A stretch of DNA of 64,000 nt from Pecten maximus (Eukaryota). Shown here piece by piece: positions 13,200-26,400 of this stretch (position 1 is its first letter; the number at the start of each line of letters is the position of its first letter). Where the stretch lies: NCBI RefSeq assembly GCF_902652985.1, contig NC_047030.1:24428001-24492000 (forward strand), given 5' to 3'. The notes beneath the pieces were generated by a model. It saw only the letters and a program-made list of their open reading frames with translations, was not told the DNA's origin and did no database searches. The position numbers and the translations under genes are program-made.

Positions 13200-13760
13200 A
13201 ATGATCATATCAATATTCAAGGAGAGATCATCTAAAGATACTCCGAAAGCAAACTTTTGACGTTTTCTTTCAACTGAGAGTAAACTTATGACGTCGCATG
13301 TGTTCCCAACGATCTTGAATCGGTCGTCCTTAAACTCCAATTGAAATGCAGCTCACCTGTTTCTGTTTACGACCCCCTAATCAGTCTGTGCAATGGATCG
13401 AGCTTTCCCTCAAGTTCGTTGCAAACCTCAAGCATTCAGGATGCTCATTTATTGCGATGGGGGACTTCAGTGTGGATCATTTGAAATCCAATCGACTTAA
13501 CACGATGGAGCTCTTTGGTCGCCAACAACAAATCACCTCACCGAAACGTGAAACACAGAGCTCTTGTACTCTAACAAATCACATGTATACACGCTTTCCT
13601 TGTAAAAGTGTTTGTGTCTTACATCTGGGTATTAGCGATCATCCTCTCATCTCTGTTGTCCGTAAGTTGCGTATGAATAACACAACGATTGGACAAGCGT
13701 CCATTAAATTCCAAAATTTCAAAAAACCTGAAACCAGAAACTACTTTAGATACTCCAAAT
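13200..13760 (+). mobile_element. Relic APE-endonuclease fragment of a LINE
   Basis: ORF 13346-13789 contains GDFSVD, QITSPKRET...TLTNHMYT and GISDHPLI, degenerate versions of the GDFN / PTR / LDH / SDH motifs. Confidence 0.75.
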
Positions 13761-14419
13761 GCCATGTGTTTCAACTAGCTACTAGCTAAATATGTGCAAC
13801 AAATCTGTGATATTACCTGTGTTTATTTTTTATTTGCTTGTATCCTGTTTCAGGGCCATTATATTGTAGAATTAGATGTTAATCTAATATGTCACCCTAT
13901 ATAAATGAAAGATTGAATGTAGAAATGTATTATTATTTTTATTATCATCTTTGCACTAATATCCAACTATTACACTCTCTATGAAGTGGAATGTTATAGC
14001 TTTTTTGTTTTGTTTTGTTGTTGGTTTGGGGGGGGGGGGGGGGGGGGGGGGGCGGTTTGGGTTTATGAAAGGGTGCTGATCAACAGCGTTTATCTTAAGT
14101 GCCCGATGGTATTCTAGCGTTTACCATCTTGACAATTTTCCCTACGTGTGATGGCTCCATGGTGACCGCGTGCTAGTCCCACAAGTGTTTTGTAAAATAT
14201 CAACAGATGTAATCATTTTCAGTCTCAAGTGATAAAATTATAAGTAATTAAAAACCGGAAAAGTACCAAAAAAAATGAAACGCTAGAAATTTCTAATAAA
14301 TTCATTTCTTAAGATATGGTAAATATTAAGTAAGTCTAATTAATTTACTTTATCCTACAATCTGTTACTAAATTATTTTGCTATACATGTACCACTAAAA
14401 AATATTTTAATTGAAATAT

Positions 14420-14582
14420 CACACCAGATCTCATTTGCCCCAAAATGTTCCAGAACCACTTTCCATTAAAATCCATTCAGGACTAGTATCGATTTCAAGG
14501 AAATGCTGGCAGACGGACGACGAACGACGGACGACGGGCCATGGCATAAGCTCACCTGCCCCTCGGGTCAGGCAAGCTAATT
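14420..14582 (+). mobile_element. 3' end of a Helentron-associated non-autonomous element (HINE/pearl-like)
   Basis: GACG microsatellite (cagacggacgacgaacgacggacgacgg) followed by the terminal hairpin agctcacctgcccctcgggtcaggcaagct and AA. Confidence 0.65.
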
Positions 14583-14689
14583 AACGATATGATGACTGAA
14601 GGTCATATAAATTACTTTTTTCATGTAATCATGTAATAAATTCTAACCGACTTTGCCAATAAATAATGTCCGCTCATCAGCCATTCAAG

Positions 14690-15400
14690 TGTTAAACATA
14701 ACCTTCTTATTAACCGTATAGCTTTAATACTAGATCATTGATGCACGGATAGCATAACTGCATTGAAAACTCTTTATTGCTTCAGTTTCACATAAAGGTA
14801 TATTGATGATTTGTTATCAAATAACAAAAAAATTATTGACCATGTTGATGGGATATATCCTCTAGAGCTTGAAATAAAGGACTCTAGAGACTCTAAAACA
14901 ACAACTGTTTACTCCAATCTTTATTTAACAACCTAACCAACAGTGACATATTACAACTGATAAGCGTGATGCTACAATTTCCCCAACTGTTAGATTTTAA
15001 TTTCAAGATTAAGCTTCAATTTCTACGGTGTTTCATGCCCCCGCCGATTATATATAAAAGGGCGTACTGTTCCGATTATCACGATTTCCGTGACAGATGT
15101 CAATGACAATTGAAATAAACAGCACGAGGTTTCGAAAGATGCAGGTTGGTGAATCGAAAATGTTGTATTTCCTTGTGCGATATGAACTCGGGCGTGTTTA
15201 ATGTTTTTTGCCCCAGTGGTTCCGTTGTCACCACCCCACTTCTCATCATGATCAGAGAAGGTGAGTTATCCCAGATTGTGCTGTTTGTATGACGGGTGTA
15301 GAAGCTTGACCTTCCTGTACACCTGATCTTGTTAGTCTCGATGTACTTTCCAAATCTATCATTTTTGTTCATATATTACCCTCGTTTTATCGATTTCAAT
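14690..15400 (+). mobile_element. Highly decayed Penelope-like element RT C-terminal relic
   Basis: Piecewise translation gives IYPLELEIKDS, DKRD..FP, YGV and SDYHDFRDR, matching the IYPxELEIKDT/YDKRDDFNFP/YGV pattern of invertebrate PLE reverse transcriptases. Confidence 0.6.
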
Positions 15401-15471
15401 TTAGAATTACGGTTTTATTATTATGCCAGATTTCACGGTTAATTGTGGTTGTTTATTTAAGGATTAACTTT

Positions 15472-17490
15472 AACACAAGAGGCCCAGAGGGACTGTATCG
15501 CTCACCTGGATTTCATGAGATATGAAACAAGAATGATGATTAAGTATATTTGTCACTGGTATTGCTATGTCAATATATCATAGGCATTTTATATGGGTAC
15601 GTAAGGATTTGATGTCAAAAAATGCATTAATCCATGAAATAAAATTAACTTTTGGCACAACCCCATAGGGATGCTACCACACAAATGTGAGTGATATCCA
15701 TTGCTTAATTTCAGAAAAGAAGTTGTTTAAACCAATTGACCCCTTTTGACCCCGCCTTCTGCACCCCGGGGGGAGTGGGGGTCAGTTCCTTCCTTTATAA
15801 AATGTTGAATCCCTACCCAAAAGGATGCTACCAGGCAAATATGAGCGATATCTCTTGCTTAGTTTCAGAGAAGAAGTTGTTCATATCAATTCAGCCAAAT
15901 TGACCCCTCTTGGCCCCGCCCCTCAGGCCCCCCCGGGGGGGGGGGGGGGGGGGGGGGTCAGCCTCACCATTTGTACAATTTTGAATGCCCACCCAATAGT
16001 GATGCTACCAAGCAAATATGAGCAATATCCATTGCTTGGTTTCAGAGAAGTCGCTAATATCAATATAGCCCAATTGACCACATTTGGCCCCGCCCCTCAG
16101 GCCCCCGGGGGTCAGCTCCATCATTTGTACAATTTTTAATCCCCACCCCATAGTGATGCTACCAGGCAAATATGAGCGATATCCATTGCTTGGTTTCAGA
16201 GAAGTCGTTTATATTAAGAGAGCCAAATTGACCCCTTTTGGCCCCGCCCCTCAGACCCCATGGGGGGCAGCCCCACCATTTGTACAATTTTGAATCCCCA
16301 CTCCATAGGGATGCTACCAGGTAAATATGAGTGATATCCATTGCTTAGTTTCAGAGCAGAAGTCGTTTATATCAATTCTGTAAAACTGACCCTTTTGGCC
16401 CCGCCCCTCAGACCCCAGGGGGTCAGCCCCGTCATTTGTACAATTTCAAATTCCTACCCCAAGGTGATGCTACCAGTAAACTATGAGAGATATCCATTGT
16501 TTGGTTCCAGAGAAGTCAATTATATGAATATAGCCAAATTGACCACATTGGCCCCGCCCCTCAGGCCCCTGGGGGGGGGGGGGGGGGGGGGGGGGGGGTT
16601 CTTTCCCATCATTTGTACAATTTTAAATCCCAACCCCATAGTGATGCTACCAGGCAAATATGAGTGACAGGCATTGCTGGGTTTCAGAGAAGAAGTCGTT
16701 TATATCAATATAGCCAAATTGACCACATTCGGCCCCACCCCTCAGGCCCCTGGGGGGTCAGCCCCATCATTTGTACAATTTTGAATCCCCACCCCATAAT
16801 GATGCTACCAAGCAAATATGAGCGATAGCCATTGCTTGGTTTCAGAGAAGTCGTTTATATCAATAAAGCCAGATTGACCACATTTGGCCCCACCCCTCAG
16901 GCCCATGGGGGGTCAGCCCCATCATTTCTACAATTTTGAATCCCCACCCCATAATGATGCTACCAAGCAAATATGAGCGATAGCCATTGCTTGGTTTCAG
17001 AGAAGAAGTCGTTTATATCAATATAGCCAGATTGACCACATTTGGCCCCACCCCTCAGGCCCCTGGGGGGGTCAGCCCCATCATTTGTACAATTTTGAAT
17101 CCCCACCCCATAGTGATGCTACCTGGCAAATATGAGTGATAGCCATTGCTTGGTTTCAGAGAAGAAGTTGTTTATATCAATATAGCCAGATTGACCACAT
17201 TTGGCCCCATCCCTCAGGCCCCTGGGGGGTCAGCCCCATCATTTGTACAATTTTGAATCCCCACCCCATAGTGATGCTACCAGGCAAATATGAGTGATAG
17301 CCATTACTTGGTTTCAGAGAAGAAGTCGTTTATATCAATAGCGCAAAAAATGACCCCTTTTGGCCCCGCCCCAGAGGCCCCCAGGGGGTCAGCCCCATCA
17401 TTTGTACAATTCTGAGTCCCCTACCCATAGGGATGCTTCTGACCAAATTTGGTCAAATTCTGATGCGTGGTAATGAAGAAGAAGTCAATT
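15472..17490 (+). mobile_element. HINE/pearl-like element carrying an internal ~157-bp satellite array
   Basis: 5' terminus aacacaagaggcccagagggactgtatcgctcacctg. About 11.5 units (15661-17490) of ccccatagtgatgctaccaggcaaatatgag...ggtttcagagaagaagtcg...ggccccgcccctcaggccc...gtcagccccatcatttgtacaattttgaatc. The usual GACG/hairpin 3' end is absent. Confidence 0.8.
15661..17490. repeat. ~155-160-bp satellite-like tandem repeat, ~11.5 copies
   Basis: Unit starts at ~15661, 15816, 15992, 16147, 16302, 16457, 16634, 16791, 16947, 17106, 17265 and 17424; two units are lengthened by poly-G. Confidence 0.95.
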
Positions 17491-18101
17491 GATCGACTCT
17501 TTTCTTACAAATAATTACGCCGCTGTATCAGCCAATCAAAAGCGATGTTACAGCGACGTCATTTTTGACGTTATGGCCTGATAACATATCTTTTAGCCAA
17601 TGAGGAAAGTTTGTTACAAGAAAGATTTAATCCAAGTATAAAGCTTTTTCTGAGTGAGGCAATAAGATACAATAATATATTCGATCTTATATGTAATGTT
17701 TGTTAGAATAACAGCAATATCCTCTTTGAGTTCTAGAGAAAACTCGCATATAGATTTTTTCTGATGATGATTCATTTGTGCTCAATTGCAAATAACCGAA
17801 TTTGTCAACTAGAATAAATACACAAAGCAACAAATAATAAATTAAATATTTTCATTCGTGTAAACTGGATCATTATAATAATCAAAAATTCATAATTTAA
17901 ACATTGAGTTAACAACCACAAAATAAGATAATGATAAATCCGAGATAAAATGATTCACAAATGTATCAACCAATCTCTATCTAGCATTGTTTTTAACACT
18001 TGTTAGTGAACCAAAGAAACTTCAACTCTGGTTATGAAGTAGGGATTAATATCAACATGGTAAGTATTTGTAAATTTCCTTTAATCATACATAACCTCAC
18101 T

Positions 18102-20425
18102 TCAAACAGTATGTTCATCTTTGGCAGTCAAATTCACAAGTGCAGAAGCATCCACCTCACTGATGAACATCGGACCATGTTGGACATCTAATATGGGCTG
18201 TGCAGACGAGACATCACTTGTTGTCGTTGCCAGAGTATCGATCAGCTGATGAGGCTGAACAGTTCCGCCATCTTTTATTGACCCATCAGTATGCCCCATT
18301 AGAACATGAGTCTCCACTTCCTGGAAGGATTCAAACACGGCATTACACTCACTACATATGTACAGCGCCGGTTCCTCTTCCTCCTGCACAACACTGTCCA
18401 TGACATGAGTGGACTCCAGATGTACTATTCCATCGGGTGTAAGGATCTGTGTAGCCTCCATATTGGATGACTGGGGATCCAGAGACATCACTGCATTCGT
18501 CAGCGAAACCTGTTCTGACTGATTCAAGCCCTGCTCCGCCAGGACCAGGATCACGTTTGACCCAGACTTCTGTCTCATAACTCCCTTACATTTGGGCTGG
18601 TGATTCTTTAAGGTATTCTTACAGGAAAATGACCTCCCACATTCTTCACAGACAAAATTGCTCTGTCCGGTATGAGTCACAAGATGCTGGTTAAGGAGAC
18701 GTTGCATTTTGAATCCTTTCCTACAAATTGGACACGGGAACGGTTTTGAAGTAGTGTGCTTGAAAAGCTTGTGTTTATCCAATACGCTTTTGAATGTAAA
18801 TCTCTTGTCACACATATCACAATGGTATGGTTTTTCTCCTGTATGCTTGTTAAGATGGTCAGTATATGTGTTCTTATTGAGAAACCGTTTTCCACAGAAG
18901 TCACAAACGTATCTGTAGGTTCTCTCGTCAGGTTTCTTGTGGATCTCCATATGTCCTTTCAGTGTTGTACGTTCAGTAAACCTCTTATTGCATATTTTAC
19001 ATACATAGTCTTTGATGTCAGAATGGCGTTTCATATGGGCTTTCATATATCGTACGTGGTCAAAGTTTTTTCCACAAATGTGACAGACCGCCGACTTTGA
19101 TTTCGTATGAACAGCCTGGATGTGTGTTTGCATATGCATGAATCGGGCAAATTTCTTTCCACAATATTCACATATTGGGATATCATTGTGTATAAATTCC
19201 CTATGAGCATACAAGCAGTTCAGACGGAATGTTTTGAAGTCACACTTTAGACAATTATACTCTTTCTTGTGTTGATTCTTTTCAATTTTGGATTTGAGTT
19301 TTAATTCTGGATTTAATAATGATTTCATAGCTTGTTTAAATGGTCTATGTTTTAGTTTCAGATGATTTGAAACAGCTGATTCATCTTCAAAGATGACTTC
19401 ACACACGTCACAGCGGAAGGAACATTGTGTTTGATGTATCGCTAAGAAATGTTGCTGTAGATTAATGAAACTGTCTGAAATGTAGTCACACAAATTACAT
19501 TTATCTCTAAGACCACCATCCCCTGTTACACCGATAGGTATCCCATCTTCTGAATATTGTGACTGTGATGTGATTTGCAAGTTGGCTTCATTTTCAGATT
19601 TATTTATTGACTTTCGTCCAAGTTTGATGGAATCTTCAAAAACAATTGCAGGAATGTGTGCTACATTGTCACCTCTTCGCTTTGCCAAAGGTGAAGCATT
19701 CTTTTGACTAATCATCTTGACATCAATGCCTTCTTCAACAGTTGAATAGATATCTTCGTTATCATCATTTCCGATGTCATCAAGAACTCCTGGCTCTTGG
19801 TTCGTATTTTTCATAACCGATATCGATGAAACCGAATTGGTGTCATTTGTTGCTATGGATGGGATTTGTTCAGCTGCATCAGCAATGGTTTCAATGTCTG
19901 TCTGGGAAATCTGCTCCTTGCTATTGAGCTGCAATTTTTTGTTTGCTACATCATTTCTCCCTGATTTGACACCACTCTCCTCCGCAGATGTTTTCTTCGC
20001 TCCTACCATGGCAGAGAAGTCGAGCCTCTTACCTCTGGTGGAGTACCGCTTTGGACTTGTAGCAGAAACAGTTTCCTTATCAGTATTTGCTTTTTCATTA
20101 GTATCCTGTGAGCTTGCCTTCCTTTTCCTTGTGGTAGATCGTTTTTCAGTGATGAATCGGGTCTCCTTGGATTCAGATGACTGAACTTGATCAGTGTTTT
20201 CTATGCTATCACTCAAGATACTTGTATCCACACACCCCTCCGTAGACAAAGCAGCCTTTTCCTGTGTTTGATCCACTTTGGGATTTTTTCTTGGACGACC
20301 ACGTTTTCGTTTTATGGGAAGAATTTCTGACTTTTTATTGTTTCCCATGTCGTCTGGCCTTTCGTGTCCTTGCTGTGCTGTCGTAGCTAAAGTACTATCA
20401 TTTGTTTCACCAGGTTTCATAAAAT
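18102..20425 (-). CDS. Terminal exon of the zinc-finger gene (AT-hook KRKRGRPRK + C2H2 array)
   Basis: 772-aa ORF with a TGEKPY linker and CxxC..F.....L..H...H repeats; acceptor ttcttgtctcttcag. Confidence 0.95.
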
Positions 20426-23400
20426 CTGAAGAGACAAGAAAGGAATTAATCAGGTTACTATCTTCCTATAACAATACATGAATGTAAATCTGATTGGATC
20501 TTTCCACATGAGGGTTTATGTACAAAGTATTGTATTTGTGTTGGATACGGTACTGGGATGGAATCACTTTGGAACCTTCCAAAAATTTAACATTGTCTGA
20601 TGTGAGTGTGTGACCAATTCATTGAGACAAAATGTGTCCAAAAAGAAGAGTTTAGAGATTTTTTTCAGTTGTAAAGACATGGCATTAAGACACTTCTGAC
20701 AGGAATATCCAAAAATTTACAATCAATACTTCCAAAATAGCTATTTTGGGGCATAAATATCTTTCAAACAGATCAGCTTGTAGTTCATTTTCCATGTGGT
20801 TGTGAAATTGACCTTTTTGAATGCTCAACGCATGACCAGCTGATGAACACAAAAGAAACAAGAGCTGGGTCTTGAGAAAAAGACGACTTTTGTTATCATC
20901 AATTTGTTCCTTTTTGGCCCAACCTCTCAAGCCCCTGGGTGGTTGGAATCATATGAATTACAATTATAGTTGACAGTTTGCCAACTAATGTTTCTATAAA
21001 ATCTCGTCAAACTTGTTCAGGAGCTTTAGAGAAGTTGAAGATGAGGCATGATGAAGGAAGAAGACCAATCGGAAAAGTTAACAGAACTTTGCTCAATTGA
21101 CCTAAAAAAACAAGTAAATGTTAAACTCAATACTACCAACCTTGCGCTTTACATTTTCTGCAAAATTCTGTTGGACCAGTCTCTGGGGGTTCCACTTTTA
21201 ATACATGCTGAAACACAGGATTCTAAAATTTTACAAATAACTTCACTGAATCATTTGTATATTTTCTTAATAAACTAGTTGTGTGTACTTCTTCTTTACC
21301 AAATTAGTTTTCTGATCCCTTCAGCTGACAGACAACACCAGACTTTGCACACAAGGATAATTCTCTTGAGAATTAATACATTTGTTGAAGGCATAAAATG
21401 AAGATATCATCTTGTATAGCAGGGGTTTATACTCTGTTTGTTGATAAAGAAACCTACATGACACACAATGATCTTACTCTTCAAGGCTTTTTCTGAGGGA
21501 TTTTTGGGGCCGATAATGGACCCTATTCCCAATTAAAATTAGTTCCTATATAGGCCAAATTCCCAAAATTAGCAATTTACTCCTGAAAACTCTTTCCCTA
21601 TTCACCAATTTTCTTCCCAAAATGAGACAAAAAGACTCCATCCCAAACTATGGAGAAAAAGCCCTGCTCTTTGTTTGCTGAAGGAATAAAATAATGAAGT
21701 TACCTACTATTTACACTATTCATACTCTTTGTTTTGTTTTTTAAGGTATAATGAAGATATCTACCTTGTACAGTATATCCTTTGATCATTACAATGTCTT
21801 CCAGTCGACCTGTGAGGGTGTACTGAGGAGAAGAAATTCCAGGGGACCAGTCCAATGTTAAATTTGTCTGCTTGGTCACTCTACTCAGGACACTGTCCAT
21901 TGCTGTCTGGTCAACAGCTGTTACCAGTCTCCGTGACAAGGTCGCCGTGACCTTCTCAAATACCTAAATTAAAAAGAATGTAATCTACATTTATCAATCT
22001 TGTAACTGGGTGACAGTGACTTTCTAAAATACCTAAAACAATATAATGTATGATCGTCTCAAGTACCTAAAACAATGTAATCTACATTCATCAGCCTCTC
22101 TGACAGGGTTGATGTGATCTTCTTAAGAACTTAGTGTAATTCATTGTGTAATCATGCATTAGTAAGTTTATCAAACAATAAGAAACTTTATTCTTTATTG
22201 TTAAAACTTCATTATTTAAAAAGGTATTGCTGAATTGGTGATTTCATTTTGAATGCCCCATCAACACTGAAAAGGTCATTGAGGCCGATAAGTTGTGATT
22301 AAAAATGAGTATTAATTAAAACGAAAACCTAATAAAAATAACAAAATATGTAAAATGTGTTGTGCACCCAAGAATAGAGTGGTTACATGCATATTCCATA
22401 CATAATATTCCGTACATATGTCAAACATGATGCTGACCTGGTATTTCATGATGCTGGTTAGTCTTGTGTCTTTAGTATTGTATTATCATGTAATTATTAC
22501 TATATCTTGTCACATGACTACGTACTACTACACTCACATCTATGGAAGACATATCTGCTGCTTCATCGTTTGTCTGGTAGTCTGAGGTCATCACAGGGGA
22601 ATGTTGAACTACTACAGGATCAGTTAAGTTATCTTCATCACCAGCATCTGTAATGTTCAAAGCAAAACAAAGCTTTAGAGAAACATTAAAATCAAAAGAT
22701 ACTCATTAATATACGTCAAAAAAGTGTAACAAGAAAGAGAGCAATGTGACTCCATAGGGGATCAAACTCGCGACCCTCAGCTCACTGGTTCGCCATTCTA
22801 CCGACAGAGTCAAGGGTAACTCTGCCCAGCATGTAGCACTAGCTAGAAAGCAACTGTATCACTATGTACACTATTTACAATTAAAACCTTCTACAATACT
22901 ACCCCATATTAAGCCACCACTCTAATAGAATATCACTGTGAACCAAGACACCAAAGTAGAGTTTCTTTATGTCATACAGAATTATCTCCCTTACTATACA
23001 TTGTCTCTTGGTAACTTTGATAAGTACATACCACAGAATTATCTCCCTTCCAACACTGTCTCTCAAAAACATACCAGATACTATGAAACTAGAATTTAAA
23101 AATAGAAATTTTAAGAGTCTTTATACAAGAAAATTGTATCTTTACAATATTATCAAAGTGACCTCTCCATATATTAAGTGTATTATACCACAGAATTATT
23201 TTCCTAATGAATCGCTGCTTTGTCTGTATAAAGTCAGTGTACCCAAATTGATACCTCAAATGTAAAAAACGCTCCAAAATCATTGTGAATAAAATTTGCG
23301 CAATTTCCCATTTATGCCGTCACAATGGCACCATTTACCATTTATTCAACATGTTTTTCCTGTGTGCAGCTGCTTAATTTCTCAGCAATAAGTTTTTGAA

Positions 23401-26400
23401 ATGGGTAAGTCGTCCTATATGTATGCTTCCCGAACCATATGGCCATGTGACAAGTGTTATTCTCTTGCCTAAGAAAACTTCTCCGTAACTATAAGTATCT
23501 CCACTGTTAAACATAATCACATGTATAAAACAGAATCATCCCCCTGACCACACTTTCAGTAATATAAGTAACCTCTCCATAGCTGAAATAAATCACGATG
23601 TGACATCTCCACTACTACATATAAGTACATGTATCTTACCACAATGCCTCTCAGAAGCTTCCCCAATAACAGGAGTTTCTTGTGGAGGGTCCTCTGAGGC
23701 AACCATCTCAATATTAGTCAGAGATTCAACAGCTATTTCAGCCTCACTCAAGATTTCCTTGTCCTCATTGTTGTCTTTATATTTGGTGATAGAAAACCTG
23801 GAAATATTGTAGGAAGGTGTAAAGTAAGATAGTGGTTTTCCTGCCAATATAACTGGGTACCCAAAATGACACTATTCTGAAAAATTTCCTATTGAGTCCA
23901 TAGATTGAAAACTTCCGAAAACACAGAAAAATATAAAAATGGTTAATATTACACAAAACATATGTAGATCAGAAAATAGACATTCAAGGCTCAGAATTGG
24001 TGTGTGCCAGTATGTAGAAAACTAGAATTTACATGTACACTGCATTATAATGTATATACAAGACAGACTGCAGACAAGGAGCGATTCAAAAAGTCTTTCC
24101 CAAATCTAATTCAAACATGGTGGGCCTGTAACTTTTAACTTAACTGAAAATTTACTGATTTTGTGATATATGGCATTCGTATAATATATATAGGTAATGC
24201 TCATTGATTAGCTGACATGCCAGATGAATATCTGTTTACCTGTGGGTATATTCTCTATTTCCTCTACAGATACGGACATAACGTTAAACAAGAGATCCCA
24301 GAGGGATCTTGGCGCCCACTATTGAATGATCTTGATAGGTTCCATGTCAGATTAATCTTCTCTCTATTTTTCCCTTCCTCTTACTAATGTGTGTAAAATG
24401 AGAAACATCCCTCCAGTACTTTTCAAACAAGGGGAACTTATAAATGAAATTTGAGATTTACCGATAATGGCTGTATATCTGTTTACCTCTGGGTATATAT
24501 TTTCTATTTCCTCTACAGATATGGAGATAACTTTAAAAAAAAACCAAAAACAAAACCAGTTCCTCCTCTTAGAGACTTCCCTCACACGTGTTGGTTGTTA
24601 ATTAGACTTACTTAAAAACTGTGGTTGCCATCTTATGCATTTTTGTGAATAAAATATTTGCGCTGTCAGCAACATAGCAACTTTAATTCCAGATGAAGTG
24701 TGTATCTACCTGTGAGTAGATTCTCTATTTCCTTTACATATACGTAGATGATGCAGAAAACAATTCCTCCTCTTTCGAGACTCCCCACACACAGGACAAT
24801 GGTAGTGGTACTGGTAGCTGGTGGCTAACTCCTCTTCTGTACCCTGACAGGGCAGGTAGCATATCAGGATATAGTAATCTGGAACAGGGCACAAGAAAAC
24901 ATCATTAAGAAATTCCAGTTCGCATGCTTCCATACGTGATTAACATTAGTTGATATAAGTTTTTTTGCAATTGTGTAAAATGAATAACGTTTACATTTTT
25001 CTTTTTTATAAATCCAGTTCGCATGCTTTCATACGTGATTAACGTTAGTTGATAGAAGTTGCTTTGCAATTGTTGTAAAATGAATAAAGTTTACATTTTT
25101 CTTTTCATGAATCCACGTATTTTTTTCTACTTTTTATTTATACAATATATTGTGGTTCAATACATGTATGTGGACAGGTTGGTCCTGTAGAATTATATTA
25201 CAGAGAGAAAATTTTATAGCTATACATATTTTTCAAATTGAGAATACGCTTTCACCGTACACACAAATGAAAAGATATGAATTTTGAAATAAAAAGAGAA
25301 ATGCACTTACAAATGAATTTCTTCTAGAAAGTTTTTGTTTCTTGTTTACAAATAGGCAATAGTTGGATTAATTCATTATTCCTTTTTTGAACTTTTTAAC
25401 TAATTAAAAATTTGTTTATAAAAATGTATACAAACGTACATGTAAATGTTATTTATATTGATTGTGTAGAGGGACTGTACTGGGTCGATCATCGGTGACC
25501 AGGTAGCTCAATTGGTAGAGCTAATGTTCAGAGGTCTGGGTTTGAACCCCGGTCTGGCCGCTACATTTTCTCTTCTTTCGTTACAAAATTGGCACCCAGC
25601 TAAAATACCCATGGTGGTGGTATAAGGCTCTCATGTGTGTTTGAGTGCGAAGACTTGGGGAAAAGGAGGGAGGTGTGTAGCGGGACTGGACTGGGTTGAT
25701 CATCAGTGACCAGGTAGCTCAATTGGTAGAGCATCTGCCCAGTGTTCGGAGGTCCCTGGTTCGAACCCTGGTCTGGCCGCTACATTTTCTCCTCTCCCTT
25801 TACAACACTCAAGGAGCCTTTTTAAATCTTGATAAAAAAATAATAATGATACCTTTATAAGGGATGCGTTTCTTCCAGTGGAGGCTGTAATGTGTCAGGA
25901 GATGTTCCTCAGAGTTAGGTTTATACTTGGAGGTGGGACAGAGAACACAGTGGTAGCTTCCCCCACATCCACAGGACAAGTCTTCACATTTCTCTACTGG
26001 CAGATCTGCAACACTTCGCACAACAGATGCGTGCCACTGTAAATGGAATAAAGACAGTTTAATATTGTATACAGACGTAAAAGTGGAAATCATATAGGTC
26101 ACCTTAGAAGTTCAGGTCAGTGGGAATTTCCCTTTTGCCTAGTGGTAGCTATAGGATGTCAACTTAGACTGTAACTGGTTGCCAGAGTGGGCAAGATATT
26201 TTTCTTTATTACATTTTTACCACTGACATAGCGAAAATAAGTCATTCTATAAAAGTGATATTTTTCAGCAGTGAAAAATAACACTTGGTCTTTATACATA
26301 ATGACACAATCTGACCTTCCATGGTAACTAACTCCCAAATGGAGTACAACAATTTATCTTGTAACAAGTACAATACCTTAATGTCTGGAGCATCTTTTGG

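Noticed and set aside
14027-14052. Long poly-G/poly-C tracts (also ~34704, ~51909, ~52423) as G-quadruplex elements
   Set aside because: Simple homopolymers of unreliable length with no context supporting function.
15825-16667. Pro/Gly-rich ORFs
   Set aside because: Translations of the satellite and poly-G tracts.
18200-20481. Several + strand ORFs
   Set aside because: Antisense shadows of the zinc-finger exon.
25713-25785. Functional tRNA gene
   Set aside because: Mismatched acceptor, anticodon and T stems; duplicated within LTRs; the other copy has an anticodon-arm deletion.
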